Shown here in pieces: positions 24,734 to 35,250 of a DNA stretch of 64,000 nt (its first letter is position 1; every line of letters starts with the position of its first letter). Under the pieces are notes generated by a model. It searched no databases, was not told the origin of the DNA, and saw nothing but the letters and a program-made list of their open reading frames with translations. The translations under genes and the position numbers were made by a program. Origin of the DNA: Octopus sinensis (taxonomy: Eukaryota); contig NC_043008.1 in the NCBI RefSeq assembly GCF_006345805.1, positions 39,122,001 to 39,186,000 on the forward strand. Reading direction: 5' to 3'.

Positions 24734-27700
24734 ATGAAACTTTTACGTTTGCTTTTTATACTATTCAGTTTTTTGCCTTTAAAGGATGGGAAATATATTA
24801 TTAAGTTTAAAGGAGAGTATTTTCCCCCAAGTAGCATTCCTTCTAATCCACTGGATCTCTACTATTCTGTCCCACTAAATCAAACGATTAGCAGACCAAT
24901 ATTTGCCGTGATACAATTAAAGAACGGGGCTCTGTTATCACCAAAGCCAACATCAAACATAACAGCAAAAGTGACATCACTGGATGTTAAAACAGCCGAA
25001 AACAGTTCCCATTCAGATACTTGGGCTGAGAGTGGAGGTAAATTGTGTCAGAAAACAGCATGGTGGCTGGGTTATCCGGAGAGATTAAATAGAGAATATG
25101 CGAAAACCCGGTGTGGGTCACCGAATTCTAAAGTTGAATTGAACATTGAAATATTTAAAGGAGAAATAATAATTGACTGGATCTACCATGAACATACAAT
25201 ATTACCGCCTGGCCCACGTGTGCTGAGAATTGAGGTCCCCAAATATCACGCAAAAACTGATACTAATCCAATACGCATTACAGTTCCTGCACATCATTTG
25301 AGAATTACCAAACAACCTCCAGCATCAGTAAAAGCGAACCATAATTTCGATGTTGAGGTCGAAATTCGGGATAGCAGCAATAAACGAGTAGAAGATGGCC
25401 TTGATTCAGTGGCATTTGTTATATTAACAGTTCCGTATGACTATAAGAAATTCTATGCCGACAAAAAGAGAGAAATGATTTTAGCTATGACAGAAGTTAC
25501 GCTGGACGCTGATGAATTTTTGCTACATCTCAACACACGAGATTTGTCTATTCGTAAACAAGCGGTGAAGGGTAAAGTTGTTTTCCGAACTATTCGAATT
25601 TTAGATGCAGTCCATAATTTTCAGTTAAACATAACGATGACAATGGCACGTGATCCTTTTACTAGAATTCCATCTTGTCCGTCTTGCTATATCGATCTCG
25701 ATCACTATGAAGTTTCAGATGATGGCAAATATTTTATGTTCACTCGTGTGACAGGTGCGAAACAGGTGAATATATTGCCTATGGTTTTCACGTCTTTAAT
25801 GAGAATCGAGGCTCAGCATATATCGAAATTAGTTCTCGATAAAAGAGTGGCGGAAAGATGGAATAAAATTCGAGATCCCAAAACGAAAAGAATCCCTATG
25901 TTAGTAAGTACCTACCTCCCTGGTGGATTTTCTCTTATTGCGTTGGATAGCGATGGGCGTCGAATATATTCTGGGCCAGATTCAGATCAACCTTTAATGT
26001 ATGTTACTATCCCAAGCGGAGTTTGTATATCTTCTGATACTGTTTGTAAATTAAAAAGGGGAAGGTCTGTAATATACCTATCAATATGCGAGATAATTGA
26101 CAAGGTAAAATTAATATTTCAATCTTCAACCAATGGCACCGTTAGATATGCAACGCCAGAATTTAGTGTCCGAGGTAATATTTCAATTGTCCACCTTGGA
26201 GATCTTCACTACAGTGGTTCTGGAGAAAACGTTGATTCTCACGTTAATACTTTCATTCAACTTGCTGTAAATGATATCAACAATGGAATATTAGTTCCGT
26301 ATTTGAAAAGGAAAGGCGTGTGGTTCAGTGTAAAAAGCATTGACACTAAGAACGATGTATCGACTGCTTACAAAAACTTAAATGATTTGACTTCAGAAGA
26401 TAATCTGCTTCGTTTTGATAGTATACGTTTAGTGATTAGTAGCGTGTCATCAGAGATTTCTGAAGCAGTGTACCCATTACTTCTGAAAGGGCGTTTACCA
26501 TTTATTGCAACCGCTAACATTGGACTTGATAGCAGCATTCACAAAAAGTACAGATATCTCAACAGAGTTAGCTGGACAGAAGATGCACTAATTAACTCAG
26601 TACTGCTGGCCTCGAAAGAACGCAAATGGTTTAGGATAATAACGATCCGTTATGAAGAAACTCGTGTGAGCCCTCGGTTTTTCTTCTATATGAAAAAATA
26701 TGGAATTAAACGAGTCGGAAATATTATCCTACCGGTTGTTAAACCTCATAAAAATAAAAAAATGGCTGATAGATTTTTCTCATCACAAATGATACGCGTT
26801 GCAACTCTGGGTGGTAAAATAATATTTTTTTTTGCCCCAAAGTTTATTCAACCCTATGCCTTATACGGAGCATATTTGAGTGGCCTCTCTTCGTTGCATG
26901 GTTTTCAATGGGTGCTATTTGGTGAACATGTCTGGCAATTCCCGTTTGATGATGAAGGTGTATGCAGCAAAAATTCAATGAAGATAAAATGCACACAAGT
27001 ATTTGCAGGTACAAATTTGTTTAGCGAACAATATAATATAAGCGGCTATAGTTCATCTGACTGGTTTCGAGTATACGGTAACTGGTTTGCAGCCGACAAA
27101 ACTATATACAAAGGCGGAAGTGTCAGCTACAGACCCAACTATATTGGTGCAAGAATGGGGCTTGGATACGATGCTGTGCATCTTTATGCAGCCATGCTGG
27201 CAAAAATCCTTGGTCAACATCTGACAGCAACCGGTAGACTACAGGCAGATGAATTACGAAAACTAAAGATCCATGGTTTGACTTCTGATCTTGAACTTGA
27301 TAACGAGGGACACCGTATTGGTTACTTTGGATTTTTAGCGCAAATTAATCCCAATACTAACCGAACAGGTTCAGACGAAGAAAAAGTCCTAGAATTTACA
27401 AGGTTCTTCCGGCGACTCAACCATTCTACTCAAATAGAAATACCATATTTTGCAATAAGAGATTCCGGAAGGCTTGACACTGAGGCTCAGTCTACACTAC
27501 CGAAAGCGACACAATACAATCTCCGTAGATATTGGTCGTATTCAGGAATGATTGACGTAATCACACAGAAATTGGCTAGAAATCCTCGAGAAAGTTGGCC
27601 AACAGTTAAAATATTGAGAACTGAAAAGGTCTTACCAGCTTTCAATTGTCAAAATCCGTGCGGGAGAAGAGTGGTAAGCCCAGAAGATATAAATACTTTC

Positions 27701-29815
27701 GACACCGGTATTTGTAATATAGGTAATAAATGCATATGCAAAGTTGGGTACTCGGGAGACTCTTGTACAGACATGATGTGTTCATGTAAACATGGTTATT
27801 GTGTAGAACCAGAAGAATGCATATGTAAAGAGGGTTATAAGGGTACATTATGCAATAAAGCAAATTGTACTAAATGTGTCCACGGGAAATGCATAAGGCC
27901 ATTTTACTGTCGTTGTAATAGATGGGTGTACATAGGATCATACTGTGATATACATATTGGATATATTATATTACCGACCATCGCAGCGCTTTTAATATCA
28001 CTTATCTTTGGGTACTTCTTCATTGTAAAATTAACACAACACCAACAGAAACGTGCAGCACTTAATAATACTGATTGGATCGTTGACTGGATGATTGTCG
28101 ATATTGTTGAAGTAAGCGTCACCTCACTTCCTCATTCCGGCCAAAGTTCATCAATGATTCAAAGATACAAATGGAAAGAACAAGAATGGTATGTAAATTT
28201 CATTAACAGTAATACAATAGATAGCAAAAATGAAGCTCTTATTCTCGAAATGGTTGGCTTGATTAAGCTTAGACACGAGAATCTTATTCAATTTGGTGGT
28301 GCTTGTCTGGTGAAACCCAATGTCAGTCTGTTTGTCGAATTCCTTGATAAGGGAAGTTTAGAGGACGTTTTAGCAAATGAAGCAGTGGATCTTGGATGGG
28401 AATTCCGGTTCTCCTTTCTGAAAGACATATGCCGTGGTATGGAATTTATCCACGACGTATCGAGCATTAAGTCCCACGGCCGTTTAAAATCTTCAAACTG
28501 TTTATTAGATAATCGGTGGACGGTACGCCTCGCTGGTTTTGGAGCACACATCATTCGTTATGGGGAGAACAGAATTCCAAATGAGAAAACCCCAGAAGAA
28601 AGGAAACAGCTTCTCTGGACAGCTCCTGAGTTGTTAAAAAATGCTTCAGATTTAGATGATATCAAAGCAGGCACGCCACTAGGTGATGTGTATTCATTCG
28701 CGATAGTTACATGCGAAATTATTACTAGAGCGCCTCCTTATAAATATGAACTCAATTATTTATCTGTGAAAGACATTCTCGACTTAGTTGGAAGTAATTC
28801 TAAGAAGACGACACGGCGAATTTGGGAAGATATCGGTGGAGAGGACATGCTTTACACAAGACCAATTATAAAAGAAGAACTTTACCCAACAAATAAAAAA
28901 ACACGCGAATTGTTTACTAAGATGATTGGACAATGTTGGCTGGAGAAACCTTTAGCGAGGCCTGTATTCGGTACAATTCATCGAATGCTTAAAGAAATAC
29001 ATCCAGTGAAAGGCGAGCTTATAGATAATTTAATTAATCTGTTGGAGGCGTATTCTAGTAGTTTAGAAGTTGTTGTTATTGAAAGAACAAAAGAACTTGA
29101 AAAGAACAAAGCTACAGCAGAACAACTATTAAGTCAAATGCTTCCAAGAAAGGTAGCGAACGACATAAGAGAAGGAAACAAAATTTATCCAGAGTATTTT
29201 GAATGTGTCACCGTATTCTTTAGCGACATTGCCAATTTCTCTAATATATGCGAAGAGAGTAACGCATTCGAGATTGTGGATTTTTTGAATGAAACTTATA
29301 ATATATTCGACGAAGTTCTCGATGATTATGATGTTTATAAAGTAGAAACTATCAGTGACTCATATATGGTGGTGAGTGGTCTCCCAGAGAAGAATGAGAA
29401 TCGCCATGCTGGAGAAATTGCAAAAATGGCTTTAGATCTGATGTCAATGGTGACGGTGTTTGAAATACCACATATGCCAAAATCTACTTTACAATTACGA
29501 ATTGGAATACATTCAGGACCAGTGGTTAGCGGTGTGGTTGGTAAACTTATGCCTCGGTATTGTTTGTTCGGAGACACTGTAAACACAGCTTCGAGGATGG
29601 AGTCCAGTTGTTATGCCCTGCGAATTCAAGTGAGTGAGACTACAGCTGGCATTCTTGAAGAATTAGGGGGATATGCCTTGGAATCAAGAGGCCAGATAAA
29701 TGTGAAAGGACGAGGGATGATGACAACCTACTGGCTTTGGGGCAAAGACACTTTCAAGAAAATGTTGCCGGATCAATCTCTCGCTTTGAGACTTTCAAAA
29801 CACAAATTTAAGTGA
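24734..29815 (+). CDS. Receptor (membrane) guanylyl cyclase, intronless, 1693 aa (copy 1)
   Basis: In-frame stop upstream. Signal peptide MKLLRLLFILFSFLPL. VFT/ANF-receptor domain from about aa 481 (IQLAVNDIN, YDAVHLYA, GLTSDLELDNEGHR). EGF repeats aa 972-1071, TM from about aa 1075. KHD (HENL, KGSLEDVL, HGRLKSSNC, LWTAPE, DVYSFAIV). Cyclase motifs FSDI, YKVETISD, RIGIHSG, MPRYCLFGDTVNTASRME. Confidence 0.96.
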   Translation: MKLLRLLFILFSFLPLKDGKYIIKFKGEYFPPSSIPSNPLDLYYSVPLNQTISRPIFAVIQLKNGALLSPKPTSNITAKVTSLDVKTAENSSHSDTWAESGGKLCQKTAWWLGYPERLNREYAKTRCGSPNSKVELNIEIFKGEIIIDWIYHEHTILPPGPRVLRIEVPKYHAKTDTNPIRITVPAHHLRITKQPPASVKANHNFDVEVEIRDSSNKRVEDGLDSVAFVILTVPYDYKKFYADKKREMILAMTEVTLDADEFLLHLNTRDLSIRKQAVKGKVVFRTIRILDAVHNFQLNITMTMARDPFTRIPSCPSCYIDLDHYEVSDDGKYFMFTRVTGAKQVNILPMVFTSLMRIEAQHISKLVLDKRVAERWNKIRDPKTKRIPMLVSTYLPGGFSLIALDSDGRRIYSGPDSDQPLMYVTIPSGVCISSDTVCKLKRGRSVIYLSICEIIDKVKLIFQSSTNGTVRYATPEFSVRGNISIVHLGDLHYSGSGENVDSHVNTFIQLAVNDINNGILVPYLKRKGVWFSVKSIDTKNDVSTAYKNLNDLTSEDNLLRFDSIRLVISSVSSEISEAVYPLLLKGRLPFIATANIGLDSSIHKKYRYLNRVSWTEDALINSVLLASKERKWFRIITIRYEETRVSPRFFFYMKKYGIKRVGNIILPVVKPHKNKKMADRFFSSQMIRVATLGGKIIFFFAPKFIQPYALYGAYLSGLSSLHGFQWVLFGEHVWQFPFDDEGVCSKNSMKIKCTQVFAGTNLFSEQYNISGYSSSDWFRVYGNWFAADKTIYKGGSVSYRPNYIGARMGLGYDAVHLYAAMLAKILGQHLTATGRLQADELRKLKIHGLTSDLELDNEGHRIGYFGFLAQINPNTNRTGSDEEKVLEFTRFFRRLNHSTQIEIPYFAIRDSGRLDTEAQSTLPKATQYNLRRYWSYSGMIDVITQKLARNPRESWPTVKILRTEKVLPAFNCQNPCGRRVVSPEDINTFDTGICNIGNKCICKVGYSGDSCTDMMCSCKHGYCVEPEECICKEGYKGTLCNKANCTKCVHGKCIRPFYCRCNRWVYIGSYCDIHIGYIILPTIAALLISLIFGYFFIVKLTQHQQKRAALNNTDWIVDWMIVDIVEVSVTSLPHSGQSSSMIQRYKWKEQEWYVNFINSNTIDSKNEALILEMVGLIKLRHENLIQFGGACLVKPNVSLFVEFLDKGSLEDVLANEAVDLGWEFRFSFLKDICRGMEFIHDVSSIKSHGRLKSSNCLLDNRWTVRLAGFGAHIIRYGENRIPNEKTPEERKQLLWTAPELLKNASDLDDIKAGTPLGDVYSFAIVTCEIITRAPPYKYELNYLSVKDILDLVGSNSKKTTRRIWEDIGGEDMLYTRPIIKEELYPTNKKTRELFTKMIGQCWLEKPLARPVFGTIHRMLKEIHPVKGELIDNLINLLEAYSSSLEVVVIERTKELEKNKATAEQLLSQMLPRKVANDIREGNKIYPEYFECVTVFFSDIANFSNICEESNAFEIVDFLNETYNIFDEVLDDYDVYKVETISDSYMVVSGLPEKNENRHAGEIAKMALDLMSMVTVFEIPHMPKSTLQLRIGIHSGPVVSGVVGKLMPRYCLFGDTVNTASRMESSCYALRIQVSETTAGILEELGGYALESRGQINVKGRGMMTTYWLWGKDTFKKMLPDQSLALRLSKHKFK

Positions 29816-29849
29816 GAAAATGTTTTTACTGATTACGGTAATACGAACG

Positions 29850-29858
29850 TTGATGATA

Positions 29859-29889
<31 letters not shown>

Positions 29890-29988
29890 CGACGACGACG
29901 ACGACGACGACGACAACGACGACGACGACGACGACGATGACGACGACGATGACGATGATGATAATGATGATGATGATGACGACGACGA

Positions 29989-30024
<36 letters not shown>

Positions 30025-30054
30025 TGACGATGATGATAATGATGATGATGATGA

Positions 30055-30105
<51 letters not shown>

Positions 30106-30250
30106 TGACGATGATGATGATGATGATGACGACGACGACGATGAATGATGAGAAGGAGTAGGAGGATGGTAAGACGATGACGGCGATGGTGATGATGACG
30201 ATGAAGATAATGATGTTGGAAACGATCATGTTATGATTAATGATGACAAC
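29850..30250. repeat. (GAT)n/(GAC)n compound microsatellite just 3' of rGC copy 1
   Basis: Directly visible; a degenerate counterpart follows copy 2. Confidence 0.95.
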
Positions 30251-30365
30251 AATGTGTGTGTTACACAAGACTTCACATTTACGATGGAGTACGGAGATAC
30301 TACGGTCGATCTGAGTGATATATATATATATTATATATATATATATATATATTACAGTTCTATAT

Positions 30366-30555
30366 TTATGAGATGAGAATTGTGTACATTATTTACATTA
30401 TTTACATTGGACGGATATTTGTCCTCACCTTGTTTGTTGTTAACTCAACTTTTTCGGCTAATATACCCTCCAGCGTTCATTAGGTATCTTGGGGAAATTT
30501 CGAACCTAGGTTGTCAGTCCTAAAGTATTTTTCGATGTTATTGGTATTATTATTA

Positions 30556-30622
<67 letters not shown>

Positions 30623-30722
30623 TATGTTTGACTTTTGCTTTATATTTGTACAAGTTGGCTCCAAGTCTCACCCAGAGACCTCAAGAGACAACAGAGTTGG
30701 AAGTTCATTATTATTATTATTA

Positions 30723-30756
<34 letters not shown>

Positions 30757-30910
30757 TATTATTATTATATATTATTATTATTATCAGTATTATTATTATA
30801 TTATTATTATTATATTATTATTATTATTATTATTATTATCAGTATTATTATTATTATCATCATTATTATTATATAATAACCGCTACTACTACTACTACTA
30901 CTACTACTAC

Positions 30911-30959
<49 letters not shown>

Positions 30960-31172
30960 TAATAACAACAACAACAACAATAACAACAGCAACAACAACA
31001 ACAACAGCAATGACAACAACAACAACAACATCGATAAATACCTTAGGAATCAGTACCCAGGTTCGAAATTTCCCCAAGATACCTGATGAAGTGTTTAACA
31101 GCCGAAACGTTGCATTAACAACAAAACAAGATGAGGACAAATATCCGTCAAATGTAAATAATGTGAATAATG

Positions 31173-31174
<2 letters not shown>
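30366..31174. mobile_element. Fold-back element: two inverted Penelope-type tails around TTA/TAA arrays
   Basis: 30385-30540 is the reverse complement of 31029-31174 (CCTGATGAAG...CAGCCGAAACGTT motif). An 85-bp R4-like 3' stub lies inside at 30622-30707. Confidence 0.75.
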
Positions 31175-31245
<71 letters not shown>

Positions 31246-31445
31246 TATGTATATATATATATAAATATGTGTGTGTGTGTGTGTATGCATGTATGTATAT
31301 ATATGTTTGAAGCATTATTACGATCACTTGAACTCAAGATGAAATAAAGAGCATGTTGAACATATATATTACTTAAATAATGTGCGCGCTTGCGCGTGCG
31401 CCTGTGTATGTGTGTATGTGCGCGCTCACATTTGTATATATATAT

Positions 31446-31590
31446 ATGCGCGGTCGTGGCTGTGTGTATTTTCGCTTCCTAACTAAATGGTTCTGGTTTC
31501 AACCTCCGTGCATGTCACTTTGGGCAATTGTCTTCACTATAACTTCGAAAGTGGATTTGGTAGACGGAAAGTGAAGAAAGGCATGTCATA
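31446..31590 (+). mobile_element. Highly degenerate SINE family A 5' half
   Basis: GTGGCTGTGTG...CTTTGGGCAATTGTCTTC...GTGGATTTGGTAGACGGAAAGTGAAGAAAG. Confidence 0.65.
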
Positions 31591-32173
31591 TATGCGTGTG
31601 TGTGTGTGCGTGTGTGTCTATGTGTGTGTGCCTGTGTGTGTGTCTGCGCGTGTGTGCGTGCATGCATGCGTGCGTGTGCTTATGTCTTTATGTATGTATG
31701 TATGTATGTGTTATGTCGTCCATGTTGCAGAACAGACAGTCTTTTAGTGTCAGATAGTTGTCACTTTTAGTGTCAGAGATATAAGCGTTGTTAGTTCAAA
31801 AACTGGGAGAAAAAACATGATTATCTTATTCACCCGTTTGGTCTTCTGTTCATAAATCGCTGTAATTTATGCATGATTCTTGCAAGCCACTTGAATCTTG
31901 AGCAGAATGGATACATTTTCAATAGTTATGACCATGTACCTTTGTCCCAAGCAAATATATATGAGGCAACTATAACTATGTTCTTTTTCCTTGGACAGCA
32001 AGGTCTTGATTTCAGATGTATATGAAGAGAGTATCTCTTTCTCAAAAATAATGGGTTAGATATTTATCCAGCTGATGCATACGGCGGCTTTTGCACTTTG
32101 TCTCGGCGGTAGTTTGCCTTTGTATAAGAAAGGAGAAAAAATACTTAAGAAAATTTATATAGAAGCATACATA

Positions 32174-32340
32174 TAGGCGCAGGAGTGGCTGTGTGGTAAG
32201 TAGCTTGCTAACCAGCCACATGGTTCCGGGTTCAGTTCCACTGCGTGGCATCTTGGGCAAGTGTCTTCTGCTATAGCCCCGGGCCGACCAATGCCTTGTG
32301 AGTGGATTTGGTAGACGGAAACTGAAAGAAGCCTGTCGCA

Positions 32341-32420
<80 letters not shown>

Positions 32421-32630
32421 TTGTGTATCTGTATTTGTCCCCCTATTATTGCTTGACAACCGATGCTGGTGTGTTTACGTCTCCGTCACTTAGCGGTTCG
32501 GCAAAAGAGACCGATAGAATAAGTACTGGGCTTACAAAGAATAAGTCCCGGCGTCGATTTGCTCGACTAAAGGTGGTGCTCCAGCATGGCCGCAGTCAAA
32601 TGACTGAAACAAGTAAAAGAGTAAAAGAGT
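32174..32630 (+). mobile_element. SINE family A
   Basis: Full-length match to 4613-5010. Confidence 0.9.
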
Positions 32631-34406
32631 ATATATTGTACTTATTTTATTATTTTATCTTAAATTATTTGAATTCTCCAGTAAGGGAGGAGCTGGTTTT
32701 TAACAAACATACAAATCTTCATCCGTAGAATTTAGATAACAAAAACAAATTTATATTTGAACTTGAGAAATGTCTTGCATATATTTACTGTTCCTTTTAG
32801 AAATTGTAGTTGTAATACACAAGTTAGCTGGTTGATTTCTTTCCTGAAAACCCCGGCTAATCTAGATTTTTCCTTATGACATTTACTTACACAACCATGT
32901 CTACTAATTATTTGTATAAATATGAATTAAGAATCTGGGTATAAAGGTAGAAGTTTCGAAGCAGTTGTCCATAATTAACCTATTTTTCTTTGATTTTCGA
33001 TGAGATATTTCCATCAGCAGCCCTGTTAGCCTCATTGACGGTACGTAATTTTACTTGTCTTTCCCAAACATGAATATCCGCCTCCTTGTGTTGGCACTTG
33101 GTAACAGTTTTTACGGGAATGTTCTACCCATATTTTTCATGTTTATGTATGTATGAAATGATAGTGGGGTTCTCTACATTTATTCCAGTACAGCTTTTAT
33201 ATTCGGATGGCATAGAAAAATTGTTATAATGAAAACGTTGTGTCGGACTGAGACGTAGTACCTTGATGGCATTTGGGGGCAGATACTGACCACATGAGTG
33301 ATGCCTTCCATAAAAATGTAACAATCTACCATTTCAGTTGAATGCTGGTTCTCCAAGAGCTTTCACTGCGAATTATAAATATACTACTATCGTTTCCAAG
33401 ACATCGGGAAAAATACTCTTCCATGGTTTTTTTAATTTCATTTTTGAATGGGCATTTCACATCCAGATCTTTCTCCGGAAGTTTCCAGTTGATGTCAGGG
33501 TCTCACAGGTTTTATAATCTATAAAGTGGATTTCCTCTACAGATCAGCCAGTATCTCAAATGGGATTAGCATTCGTACTCAAACGCATTGTACACTACTG
33601 TCTTATAAAAGGAAAGTTCCGACTGCCAAATTTTTCTGAGTCTGGTGTAATGTTTTCGGATCAGCTTATCGTTATTTACAGCACCTTCGTATGATTTATT
33701 TTACCAACGCATAGAATATATGCAGCATTCATTGTGCGGAACAGGAGAGATAAAGAGACCGTTGATGCATAGTTTCTGGGGTTGGGGCTGATTTTTCCCT
33801 TTTCACAATCACATTCGAACAATTTTCTTCACGAAATTCCATTTCAATTTTAGCTTAAAATGTTGTGATTAACTCTAGCCATCTTTTGGCATTGTTAATA
33901 TTTTAGCAGAGAAATTCAGGAAATCCGCAAAGAAATTATGAGTTACACTAGAATCTTCCGAGTTGCGGACCCTAAAATTTAGCCATTGGGTTTTGTAGTA
34001 GAAATAATAATGGTTTTAATATCAAATAGAATTATAGAAAGACTATCTTCTTGGAAACATTCAAATTGAAATATTTGGAAAATCGGAAACGATTGTCCAA
34101 CTCCCAGTATTAAGTGCGAGGATTGTTGCCGAAATATTTCGAGCCTCCCAATGGCTGCCACTATGGAAAGAAGAGTTTTGCTAAATGTAGAGACTTCAAC
34201 AGCCATGAGTAAGGAACAGAACAAATTGCTTTCCTATATTAAACCATTCTGTTTTGTTACTTCAGACAGTGCAGCTTCGTTTATCAAATGTTGTTCTGCA
34301 CATCCAAACACTTAATTTTTTCCAACTTTATACTCATCAGTCACTATGTTTTTAGACTCACAATGTTCCTGGAAGAACTGGTTGACGCAGTTTGATACAG
34401 AATGTA

Positions 34407-34974
34407 TTGGGTTGTCCGGAAAGTTCATGCCGATTTTTAAAGGAAAGAAGAAGGTCAATAAATGCTTGCCATTACATTTTTAATCAACCAAATATGAACC
34501 AGTTTGTTGCACAATGCGTCTCCATCTTTCCTTTAGTTTGAAAATACCCTCTTCCCAGAATTGAGGTGCTTTCATGGCAAAGAATTCAGCAAGGTATCTT
34601 TTTTTATGTCATCCAAGGAATTGAAATTTTTACCATTAAGACTATTCTGTAGAGAGCTGAATAAGTGGAAATCCGAAGGAGCAATATCTGGTGAATATGG
34701 AGGGTGAGGTAGCATATCCTAGCCGAGCTGCAGCAATTTTTGCCTGGTTCCCAAAGCATCAGTTGCCGAAAATGAACTTTCTTATCTTCCATTTTAAAGG
34801 GTTACAAAATTAACACAGGTTATAGGAACATAAACCTTCTTCCACGAAAAGATAGCTTAAATTGTGCTCTAAATGGAGGTGTAGTCAAATCCTATTTTAT
34901 GGATTCAACCACGTTCTAAAATAAGTCGAAAGATAAGCTACTATAAATCGGCCCGAACTTTCCTGACAACCCAA
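34407..34974 (-). mobile_element. Internally deleted mariner element (568 bp) with TIRs and TA TSD
   Basis: TTGGGTTGTCCGGAAAGTTCATGCCGATTT and AAATCGGCCCGAACTTTCCTGACAACCCAA, each flanked by TA. Transposase N-terminus (MEDKKVHFRQLML) is fused to the C-terminus (PHPPYSPDIAPSDFHLF). Confidence 0.9.
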
Positions 34975-35250
34975 TATATGTGTATGTACAGTGCATGTAT
35001 GCACACATTATGCACATCTGTTTGGCAGCACACACTGCAGATACATATGCTTGTTGATGAATTTTATATCGTAGTCTCCTTATTCTGAATTCTCCGTTGT
35101 TTTTCTTGAAAAATCATATCGCTTACATATTGCAGTTTAATTTTGGGAGGTGCTGTGACACATACACAGCAACATTCACACACATACATACATACACACG
35201 CACTCATGTTTATGCGTATGTAAAATTAATAGTAAAAATTTTACCATTTT

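Noticed and set aside
24571-24804. Upstream ORF overlapping the rGC copy 1 start
   Set aside because: Not preserved in copy 2, where an early stop follows the ATG, and it begins upstream of the candidate TATA box.
29816-30360. Poly(A) remnant or TSD proving retroposition of the rGC
   Set aside because: None visible after either stop codon; retrogene origin remains inference from the lack of introns.
33270-33310. QYLPPNAIKVLRL resembling rGC TILPPGPRVLRI, suggesting a third decayed paralogue
   Set aside because: Too short, on the opposite strand, with no flanking similarity; consistent with chance.
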